NCBI RefSeq assembly: GCF_009914755.1
Contig: NC_060931.1
Strand: one strand, 5' to 3'
Source of the DNA: the human T2T-CHM13v2.0 reference genome, Homo sapiens
Length of the DNA: 64,000 nt
Of this stretch, positions 1 through 10,900 are shown in pieces; within the stretch, counting starts at the first letter, position 1; each line of letters begins with the position of its first letter. A model generated the notes under the pieces. That model ran no database searches. It was not told the DNA's origin and was given only the letters and a program-made list of their open reading frames with translations. The position numbers were made by a program, and so were the translations under genes.

Positions 1-111
1 CTTTGTGATGTGTGCGTTCAACTCACATAGTTTAACCTTTCTTTTCATAGAGCAGTTTGGAAACACTCTGTTTGTAAAGTCTGCAAGTGGATATATGGAC
101 CGCATTGAGGC

Positions 112-128
112 CTTCGTTGGAAACGGGA
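112..128 (+). promoter_or_regulatory. CENP-B box, canonical (dimer A; recurs in each HOR)
   Basis: cttcgttggaaacggga is an exact match to the 17-bp CENP-B box. Confidence 0.98.
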
Positions 129-451
129 TTTCTTCATTTCATGCTAGACAGAAGAATTCTCAGTAACTTCTTTGTGCTGTGTGTATTCAACTCACAGAGT
201 GGAACGTCCCTTTGCACAGAGCAGATTTGAAACACTCTTTTTGTGGAGTTTGCAAGTGGAGATTTCAAGCGATTTGATGCCAACAGTAGAAAAGGAAATA
301 TCTTCAAATAAAAACTAGACAGAATCATTCTCAGAAACTACTTTGTGATGTGTGCCTTCAACTCACAGAGTTTAACCTTTCTTTTCTTAGAGCAGTTTAG
401 AAACACTCTGCTTGTTATGACTGCAAGTGGATATTTGGACCTCTTTGAGGC

Positions 452-468
452 CTTCGTTGCAAACGGGC
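452..468 (+). promoter_or_regulatory. CENP-B box, variant with core intact (dimer B; recurs in each full HOR)
   Basis: Reads cttcgttgcaaacgggc here and cttcgttgcaaacgggg in later copies. Both keep the core NTTCGNNNNANNCGGGN. Confidence 0.92.
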
Positions 469-793
469 TTTCTTCCTTTCATGCTAGACTAAGAAGAGTT
501 CTCAGTAACTTTTTTGTGTTGTGTGTATTCAACTCACAGAGTTGAACCTTGCTTTAGAGAGAGCAGATTTGAAACACTCTTGCTGTGGCATTTTCAGGTG
601 GAGATTTCAAGCGATTTGAGGACAATTGCAGAAAAGGAAATATCTTCGTATAATAACCAGACAGAATCATTCTCAGAAAGTGCTTTGTGATGTGTGCGTT
701 CAACTCACAGAGTTTAACCTTTCTTTTCATAGAGGAGTTTGGAAACACACTGTTTGTAAGGACTGCAAGTGGATATATGGACCTGTTTGAGGC

Positions 794-810
794 CTTCGTT
801 GGAAACGGGA
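794..810 (+). promoter_or_regulatory. CENP-B box, canonical (dimer C; recurs in each HOR)
   Basis: cttcgttggaaacggga exact match. Confidence 0.98.
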
Positions 811-3470
811 TTTCTTCATTGAATGCTAGACGGAAGAATTCTCAGTAAATTCTTTGTGTTGTGTGCATTCAACTCACAGAGTGGAACGTCCCTTTAGACA
901 CAGCAGATTTGAAACACTCTTTTTGCGGAATTTGCAAGTGGAGATTTCTAGCCATTTGATGCCAACAGTAGAAAGGGAAATATCTTCAAATAAAAACCAG
1001 ACAGAATCATTCTCAGAAAATTCTTTGTGATGTGTGCGTTCAACTCACATAGTTTAACCTTTCTTTTCATAGAGCAGTTTGGAAACACTCTGTTTGTAAA
1101 GTCTGCAAGTGGATATATGGACCGCATTGAGGCCTTCGTTGGAAACGGGATTTCTTCATTTCATGCTAGACAGAAGAATTCTCAGTAACTTCTTTGTGCT
1201 GTGTGTATTCAACTCACAGAGTGGAACGTCCCTTTGCACAGAGCAGATTTGAAACACTCTTTTTGTGGAGTTTGCAAGTGGAGATTTCAAGCGATTTGAT
1301 GCCAACAGTAGAAAAGGAAATATCTTCAAATAAAAACTAGACAGAATCATTCTCAGAAACTACTTTGTGATGTGTGCCTTCAACTCACAGAGTTTAACCT
1401 TTCTTTTCTTAGAGCAGTTTAGAAACACTCTGCTTGTTATGTCTGCAAGTGGATATTTGGACCTCTTTGAGGCCTTCGTTGCAAACGGGGTTTCTTCCTT
1501 TCATGCTAGACTAAGAAGAGTTCTCAGTAACTTTTTTGTGTTGTGTGTATTCAACTCACAGAGTTGAACCTTGCTTTAGAGAGAGCAGATTTGAAACACT
1601 CTTGCTGTGGCATTTTCAGGTGGAGATTTCAAGCGATTTGAGGACAATTGCAGAAAAGGAAATATCTTCGTATAATAACCAGACAGAATCATTCTCAGAA
1701 AGTGCTTTGTGATGTGTGCGTTCAACTCACAGAGTTTAACCTTTCTTTTCATAGAGGAGTTTGGAAACACACTGTTTGTAAAGTCTGCAAGTGGATATAT
1801 GGACCTGTTTGAGGCCTTCGTTGGAAACGGGATTTCTTCATTGAATGCTAGACGGAAGAATTCTCAGTAAATTCTTTGTGTTGTGTGCATTCAACTCACA
1901 GAGTGGAACGTCCCTTTAGACAGAGCAGATTTGAAACACTCTTTTTGCGGAATTTGCAAGTGGAGATTTCTAGCCATTTGATGCCAACAGTAGAAAGGGA
2001 AATATCTTCAAATAAAAACCAGACAGAATCATTCTCAGAAAATTCTTTGTGATGTGTGCGTTCAACTCACATAGTTTAACCTTTCTTTTCATAGAGCAGT
2101 TTGGAAACACTCTGTTTGTAAAGTCTGCAAGTGGATATATGGACCGCATTGAGGCCTTCGTTGGAAACGGGATTTCTTCATTTCATGCTAGACAGAAGAA
2201 TTCTCAGTAACTTCTTTGTGCTGTGTGTATTCAACTCACAGAGTGGAACGTCCCTTTGCACAGAGCAGATTTGAAACACTCTTTTTGTGGAGTTTGCAAG
2301 TGGAGATTTCAAGCGATTTGATGCCAACAGTAGAAAAGGAAATATCTTCAAATAAAAACTAGACAGAATCATTCTCAGAAACTACTTTGTGATGTGTGCC
2401 TTCAACTCACAGAGTTTAACCTTTCTTTTCTTAGAGCAGTTTAGAAACACTCTGCTTGTTATGTCTGCAAGTGGATATTTGGACCTCTTTGAGGCCTTCG
2501 TTGCAAACGGGGTTTCTTCCTTTCATGCTAGACTAAGAAGAGTTCTCAGTAACTTTTTTGTGTTGTGTGTATTCAACTCACAGAGTTGAACCTTGCTTTA
2601 GAGAGAGCAGATTTGAAACACTCTTGCTGTGGCATTTTCAGGTGGAGATTTCAAGCGATTTGAGGACAATTGCAGAAAAGGAAATATCTTCGTATAATAA
2701 CCAGACAGAATCATTCTCAGAAAGTGCTTTGTGATGTGTGCGTTCAACTCACAGAGTTTAACCTTTCTTTTCATAGAGGAGTTTGGAAACACACTGTTTG
2801 TAAAGTCTGCAAGTGGATATATGGACCTGTTTGAGGCCTTCGTTGGAAACGGGATTTCTTCATTGAATGCTAGACGGAAGAATTCTCAGTAAATTCTTTG
2901 TGTTGTGTGCATTCAACTCACAGAGTGGAACGTCCCTTTAGACAGAGCAGATTTGAAACACTCTTTTTGCGGAATTTGCAAGTGGAGATTTCTAGCCATT
3001 TGATGCCAACAGTAGAAAGGGAAATATCTTCAAATAAAAACCAGACAGAATCATTCTCAGAAAATTCTTTGTGATGTGTGCGTTCAACTCACATAGTTTA
3101 ACCTTTCTTTTCATAGAGCAGTTTGGAAACACTCTGTTTGTAAAGTCTGCAAGTGGATATATGGACCGCATTGAGGCCTTCGTTGGAAACGGGATTTCTT
3201 CATTTCATGCTAGACAGAAGAATTCTCAGTAACTTCTTTGTGCTGTGTGTATTCAACTCACAGAGTGGAACGTCCCTTTGCACAGAGCAGATTTGAAACA
3301 CTCTTTTTGTGGAATTTGCAAGTGGAGATTTCAAGCGATTTGATGCCAACAGTAGAAAAGGAAATATCTTCAAATAAAAACTAGACAGAATCATTCTCAG
3401 AAACTACTTTGTGATGTGTGCCTTCAACTCACAGAGTTTAACCTTTCTTTTCTTAGAGCAGTTTAGAAAC

Positions 3471-6400
3471 ACTCTGCTTGTTATGTCTGCAAGTGGATAT
3501 TTGGACCTCTTTGAGGCCTTCGTTGCAAACGGGGTTTCTTCCTTTCATGCTAGACTAAGAAGAGTTCTCAGTAACTTTTTTGTGTTGTGTGTATTCAACT
3601 CACAGAGTTGAACCTTGCTTTAGAGAGAGCAGATTTGAAACACTCTTGCTGTGGCATTTTCAGGTGGAGATTTCAAGCGATTTGAGGACAATTGCAGAAA
3701 AGGAAATATCTTCGTATAATAACCAGACAGAATCATTCTCAGAAAGTGCTTTGTGATGTGTGCGTTCAACTCACAGAGTTTAACCTTTCTTTTCATAGAG
3801 GAGTTTGGAAACACACTGTTTGTAAAGTCTGCAAGTGGATATATGGACCTGTTTGAGGCCTTCGTTGGAAACGGGATTTCTTCATTGAATGCTAGACGGA
3901 AGAATTCTCAGTAAATTCTTTGTGTTGTGTGCATTCAACTCACAGAGTGGAACGTCCCTTTAGACAGCAGATTTGAAACACTCTTTTTGCGGAATTTGCA
4001 AGTGGAGATTTCTAGCCATTTGATGCCAACAGTAGAAAGGGAAATATCTTCAAATAAAAACCAGACAGAATCATTCTCAGCAAATTCTTTGTGATGTGTG
4101 CGTTCAACTCACATAGTTTAACCTTTCTTTTCATAGAGCAGTTTGGAAACACTCTGTTTGTAAAGTCTGCAAGTGGATATATGGACCGCATTGAGGCCTT
4201 CGTTGGAAACGGGATTTCTTCATTTCATGCTAGACAGAAGAATTCTCAGTAACTTCTTTGTGCTGTGTGTATTCAACTCACAGAGTGGAACGTCCCTTTG
4301 CACAGAGCAGATTTGAAACACTCTTTTTGTGGAGTTTGCAAGTGGAGATTTCAAGCGATTTGATGCCAACAGTAGAAAAGGAAATATCTTCAAATAAAAA
4401 CTAGACAGAATCATTCTCAGAAACTACTTTGTGATGTGTGCCTTCAACTCACAGAGTTTAACATTTCTTTTCTTAGAGAAGTTTAGAAACACTCTGCTTG
4501 TTATGTCTGCAAGTGGATATTTGGACCTCTTTGAGGCCTTCGTTGCAAACGGGGTTTCTTCCTTTCATGCTAGACTAAGAAGAGTTCTCAGTAACTTTTT
4601 TGTGTTGTGTGTATTCAACTCACAGAGTTGAACCTTGCTTTAGAGAGAGCAGATTTGAAACACTCTTGCTGTGGCATTTTCAGGTGATTTCAAGCGATTT
4701 GAGGACAATTGCAGAAAAGGAAATATCTTCGTATAATAACCAGACAGAATCATTCTCAGAAAGTGCTTTGTGATGTGTGCGTTCAACTCACAGAGTTTAA
4801 CCTTTCTTTTCATAGAGGAGTTTGGAAACACACTGTTTGTAAAGTCTGCAAGTGGATATATGGACCTGTTTGAGGCCTTCGTTGGAAACGGGATTTCTTC
4901 ATTGAATGCTAGACGGAAGAATTCTCAGTAAATTCTTTGTGTTGTGTGCATTCAACTCACAGAGTGGAACGTCCCTTTAGACAGAGCAGATTTGAAACAC
5001 TCTTTTTGCGGAATTTGCAAGTGGAGATTTCTAGCCATTTGATGCCAACAGTAGAAAGGGAAATATCTTCAAATAAAAACCAGACAGAATCATTCTCAGA
5101 AAATTCTTTGTGATGTGTGCGTTCAACTCACATAGTTTAACCTTTCTTTTCATAGAGCAGTTTGGAAACACTCTGTTTGTAAAGTCTGCAAGTGGATATA
5201 TGGACCGCATTGAGGCCTTCATTGGAAACGGGATTTCTTCATTTCATGCTAGACAGAAGAATTCTCAGTAACTTCTTTGTGCTGTGTGTATTCAACTCAC
5301 AGAGTGGAACGTCCCTTTACACAGAGCAGATTTGAAACACTCTTTTTGTGGAGTTTGCAAGTGGAGATTTCAAGCGATTTGATGCCAACAGTAGAAAAGG
5401 AAATATCTTCAAATAAAAACTAGACAGAATCATTCTCAGAAACTACTTTGTGATGTGTGCCTTCAACTCACAGAGTTTAACCTTTCTTTTCTTAGAGCAG
5501 TTTAGAAATACTCTGCTTGTTATGTCTGCAAGTGGATATTTGGACCTCTTTGAGGCCTTCGTTGCAAACGGGGTTTCTTCCTTTCATGCTAGACTAAGAA
5601 GAGTTCTCAGTAACTTTTTTGTGTTGTGTGTATTCAACTCACAGAGTTGAACCTTGCTTTAGAGAGAGCAGATTTGAAACACTCTTGCTGTGGCATTTTC
5701 AGGTGGAGATTTCAAGCGATTTGAGGACAATTGCAGAAAAGGAAATATCTTCGTATAATAACCAGACAGAATCATTCTCAGAAAGTGCTTTGTGATGTGT
5801 GCGTTCAACTCACAGAGTTTAACCTTTCTTTTCATAGAGGAGTTTGGAAACACACTGTTTGTAAAGTCTGCAAGTGGATATATGGACCTGTTTGAGGCCT
5901 TCGTTGGAAACGGGATTTCTTCATTGAATGCTAGACGGAAGAATTCTCAGTAAATTCTTTGTGTTGTGTGCATTCAACTCACAGAGTGGAACGTCCCTTT
6001 AGACAGCAGATTTGAAACACTCTTTTTGCGGAATTTGCAAGTGGAGATTTCTAGCCATTTGATGCCAACAGTAGAAAGGGAAATATCTTCAAATAAAAAC
6101 CAGACAGAATCATTCTCAGCAAATTCTTTGTGATGTGTGCGTTCAACTCACATAGTTTAACCTTTCTTTTCATAGAGCAGTTTGGAAACACTCTGTTTGT
6201 AAAGTCTGCAAGTGGATATATGGACCGCATTGAGGCCTTCGTTGGAAACGGGATTTCTTCATTTCATGCTAGACAGAAGAATTCTCAGTAACTTCTTTGT
6301 GCTGTGTGTATTCAACTCACAGAGTGGAACGTCCCTTTGCACAGAGCAGATTTGAAACACTCTTTTTGTGGAGTTTGCAAGTGGAGATTTCAAGCGATTT

Positions 6401-7919
6401 GATGCCAACAGTAGAAAAGGAAATATCTTCAAATAAAAACTAGACAGAATCATTCTCAGAAACTACTTTGTGATGTGTGCCTTCAACTCACAGAGTTTAA
6501 CATTTCTTTTCTTAGAGAAGTTTAGAAACACTCTGCTTGTTATGTCTGCAAGTGGATATTTGGACCTCTTTGAGGCCTTCGTTGCAAACGGGGTTTCTTC
6601 CTTTCATGCTAGACTAAGAAGAGTTCTCAGTAACTTTTTTGTGTTGTGTGTATTCAACTCACAGAGTTGAACCTTGCTTTAGAGAGAGCAGATTTGAAAC
6701 ACTCTTGCTGTGGCATTTTCAGGTGATTTCAAGCGATTTGAGGACAATTGCAGAAAAGGAAATATCTTCGTATAATAACCAGACAGAATCATTCTCAGAA
6801 AGTGCTTTGTGATGTGTGCGTTCAACTCACAGAGTTTAACCTTTCTTTTCATAGAGGAGTTTGGAAACACACTGTTTGTAAAGTCTGCAAGTGGATATAT
6901 GGACCTGTTTGAGGCCTTCGTTGGAAACGGGATTTCTTCATTGAATGCTAGACGGAAGAATTCTCAGTAAATTCTTTGTGTTGTGTGCATTCAACTCACA
7001 GAGTGGAACGTCCCTTTAGACAGAGCAGATTTGAAACACTCTTTTTGCGGAATTTGCAAGTGGAGATTTCTAGCCATTTGATGCCAACAGTAGAAAGGGA
7101 AATATCTTCAAATAAAAACCAGACAGAATCATTCTCAGAAAATTCTTTGTGATGTGTGCGTTCAACTCACATAGTTTAACCTTTCTTTTCATAGAGCAGT
7201 TTGGAAACACTCTGTTTGTAAAGTCTGCAAGTGGATATATGGACCGCATTGAGGCCTTCATTGGAAACGGGATTTCTTCATTTCATGCTAGACAGAAGAA
7301 TTCTCAGTAACTTCTTTGTGCTGTGTGTATTCAACTCACAGAGTGGAACGTCCCTTTACACAGAGCAGATTTGAAACACTCTTTTTGTGGAGTTTGCAAG
7401 TGGAGATTTCAAGCGATTTGATGCCAACAGTAGAAAAGGAAATATCTTCAAATAAAAACTAGACAGAATCATTCTCAGAAACTACTTTGTGATGTGTGCC
7501 TTCAACTCACAGAGTTTAACCTTTCTTTTCTTAGAGCAGTTTAGAAATACTCTGCTTGTTATGTCTGCAAGTGGATATTTGGACCTCTTTGAGGCCTTCG
7601 TTGCAAACGGGGTTTCTTCCTTTCATGCTAGACTAAGAAGAGTTCTCAGTAACTTTTTTGTGTTGTGTGTATTCAACTCACAGAGTTGAACCTTGCTTTA
7701 GAGAGAGCAGATTTGAAACACTCTTGCTGTGGCATTTTCAGGTGGAGATTTCAAGCGATTTGAGGACAATTGCAGAAAAGGAAATATCTTCGTATAATAA
7801 CCAGACAGAATCATTCTCAGAAAGTGCTTTGTGATGTGTGCGTTCAACTCACAGAGTTTAACCTTTCTTTTCATAGAGGAGTTTGGAAACACACTGTTTG
7901 TAAAGTCTGCAAGTGGATA
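3471..7919 (+). repeat. Recent tandem duplication of a two-HOR block (period 2039 bp)
   Basis: A 2-bp deletion (~3965/~6004), a 3-bp deletion (~4685/~6724), the CENP-B G>A change (5221/7260) and aaatac (5509/7548) all recur at +2039. Confidence 0.93.
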
Positions 7920-10900
7920 CATGGACCTGTTTGAGGCCTTCGTTGGAAACGGGATTTCTTCATTGAATGCTAGACGGAAGAATTCTCAGTAAATTCTTTG
8001 TGTTGTGTGCATTCAACTCACAGAGTGGAACGTCCCTTTAGACAGAGCAGATTTGAAACACTCTTTTTGCGGAATTTGCAAGTGGAGATTTCTAGCCATT
8101 TGATGCCAACAGTAGAAAGGGAAATATCTTCAAATAAAAACCAGACAGAATCATTCTCAGAAAATTCTTTGTGATGTGTGCGTTCAACTCACATAGTTTA
8201 ACCTTTCTTTTCATAGAGCAGTTTGGAAACACTCTGTTTGTAAAGTCTGCAAGTGGATATATGGACCGCATTGAGGCCTTCGTTGGAAACGGGATTTCTT
8301 CATTTCATGCTAGACAGAAGAATTCTCAGTAACTTCTTTGTGCTGTGTGTATTCAACTCACAGAGTGGAACGTCCCTTTGCACAGAGCAGATTTGAAACA
8401 CTCTTTTTGTGGAGTTTGCAAGTGGAGATTTCAAGCGATTTGATGCCAACAGTAGAAAAGGAAATATCTTCAAATAAAAACTAGACAGAATCATTCTCAG
8501 AAACTACTTTGTGATGTGTGCCTTCAACTCACAGAGTTTAACCTTTCTTTTCTTAGAGCAGTTTAGAAACACTCTGCTTGTTATGACTGCAAGTGGATAT
8601 TTGGACCTCTTTGAGGCCTTCGTTGCAAACGGGGTTTCTTCCTTTCATGCTAGACTAAGAAGAGTTCTCAGTAACTTTTTTGTGTTGTGTGTATTCAACT
8701 CACAGAGTTGAACCTTGCTTTAGAGAGAGCAGATTTGAAACACTCTTGCTGTGGCATTTTCAGGTGGAGATTTCAAGCGATTTGAGGACAATTGCAGAAA
8801 AGGAAATATCTTCGTATAATAACCAGACAGAATCATTCTCAGAAAGTGCTTTGTGATGTGTGCGTTCAACTCACAGAGTTTAACCTTTCTTTTCATAGAG
8901 GAGTTTGGAAACACACTGTTTGTAAAGTCTGCAAGTGGATATATGGACCTGTTTGAGGCCTTCGTTGGAAACGGGATTTCTTCATTGAATGCTAGACGGA
9001 AGAATTCTCAGTAAATTCTTTGTGTTGTGTGCATTCAACTCACAGAGTGGAACGTCCCTTTAGACAGAGCAGATTTGAAACACTCTTTTTGCGGAATTTG
9101 CAAGTGGAGATTTCTAGCCATTTGATGCCAACAGTAGAAAGGGAAATATCTTCAAATAAAAACCAGACAGAATCATTCTCAGAAAATTCTTTGTGATGTG
9201 TGCGTTCAACTCACATAGTTTAACCTTTCTTTTCATAGAGCAGTTTGGAAACACTCTGTTTGTAAAGTCTGCAAGTGGATATATGGACCGCATTGAGGCC
9301 TTCGTTGGAAACGGGATTTCTTCATTTCATGCTAGACAGAAGAATTCTCAGTAACTTCTTTGTGCTGTGTGTATTCAACTCACAGAGTGGAACGTCCCTT
9401 TACACAGAGCAGATTTGAAACACTCTTTTTGTGGAGTTTGCAAGTGGAGATTTCAAGCGATTTGATGCCAACAGTAGAAAAGGAAATATCTTCAAATAAA
9501 AACTAGACAGAATCATTCTCAGAAACTACTTTGTGATGTGTGCCTTCAACTCACAGAGTTTAACCTTTCTTTTCTTAGAGCAGTTTAGAAACACTCTGCT
9601 TGTTATGACTGCAAGTGGATATTTGGACCTCTTTGAGGCCTTCGTTGCAAACGGGGTTTCTTCCTTTCATGCTAGACTAAGAAGAGTTCTCAGTAACTTT
9701 TTTGTGTTGTGTGTATTCAACTCACAGAGTTGAACCTTGCTTTAGAGAGAGCAGATTTGAAACACTCTTGCTGTGGCATTTTCAGGTGGAGATTTCAAGC
9801 GATTTGAGGACAATTGCAGAAAAGGAAATATCTTCGTATAATAACCAGACAGAATCATTCTCAGAAAGTGCTTTGTGATGTGTGCGTTCAACTCACAGAG
9901 TTTAACCTTTCTTTTCATAGAGGAGTTTGGAAACACACTGTTTGTAAGGACTGCAAGTGGATATATGGACCTGTTTGAGGCCTTCGTTGGAAACGGGATT
10001 TCTTCATTGAATGCTAGACGGAAGAATTCTCAGTAAATTCTTTGTGTTGTGTGCATTCAACTCACAGAGTGGAACGTCCCTTTAGACACAGCAGATTTGA
10101 AACACTCTTTTTGCGGAATTTGCAAGTGGAGATTTCTAGCCATTTGATGCCAACAGTAGAAAGGGAAATATCTTCAAATAAAAACCAGACAGAATCATTC
10201 TCAGCAAATTCTTTGTGATGTGTGCGTTCAACTCACATAGTTTAACCTTTCTTTTCATAGAGCAGTTTGGAAACACTCTGTTTGTAAAGTCTGCAAGTGG
10301 ATATATGGACCGCATTGAGGCCTTCGTTGGAAACGGGATTTCTTCATTTCATGCTAGACAGAAGAATTCTCAGTAACTTCTTTGTGCTGTGTGTATTCAA
10401 CTCACAGAGTGGAACGTCCCTTTACACAGAGCAGATTTGAAACACTCTTTTTGTGGAGTTTGCAAGTGGAGATTTCAAGCGATTTGATGCCAACAGTAGA
10501 AAAGGAAATATCTTCAAATAAAAACTAGACAGAATCATTCTCAGAAACTACTTTGTGATGTGTGCCTTCAACTCACAGAGTTTAACCTTTCTTTTCTTAG
10601 AGCAGTTTAGAAACACTCTGCTTGTTATGACTGCAAGTGGATATTTGGACCTCTTTGAGGCCTTCGTTGCAAACGGGGTTTCTTCCTTTCATGCTAGACT
10701 AAGAAGAGTTCTCAGTAACTTTTTTGTGTTGTGTGTATTCAACTCACAGAGTTGAACCTTGCTTTAGAGAGAGCAGATTTGAAACACTCTTGCTGTGGCA
10801 TTTTCAGGTGGAGATTTCAAGCGATTTGAGGACAATTGCAGAAAAGGAAATATCTTCGTATAATAACCAGACAGAATCATTCTCAGAAAGTGCTTTGTGA

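Larger units (their letters stand above)
1..1022 (+). repeat. One canonical HOR unit (dimers A 1-340, B 341-682, C 683-1022); probably human chromosome 7 D7Z1 / S1C7H1L
   Basis: The dimer start ctttgtgatgtgtgc occurs at 1, 341, 683 and 1023. GAATTC is present at 154, 836 and 1176 but reads GAGTTC in dimer B, giving 682+340 bp EcoRI fragments. This matches my recollection of the D7Z1 6-mer. The confidence value refers to the chromosome assignment, which needs alignment to HOR models. Confidence 0.8.

Noticed and set aside
649-654. TATAAT hexamer in each dimer B, resembling a bacterial -10 box
   Set aside because: A chance match in AT-rich eukaryotic satellite, with no supporting promoter context.
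1-1022. Assignment to the D1Z7/D5Z2/D19Z3 SF1 6-mer
   Set aside because: From memory, that family's diagnostic sequence differs and the EcoRI 340+682 pattern fits D7Z1 better. It is not formally excluded without alignment.
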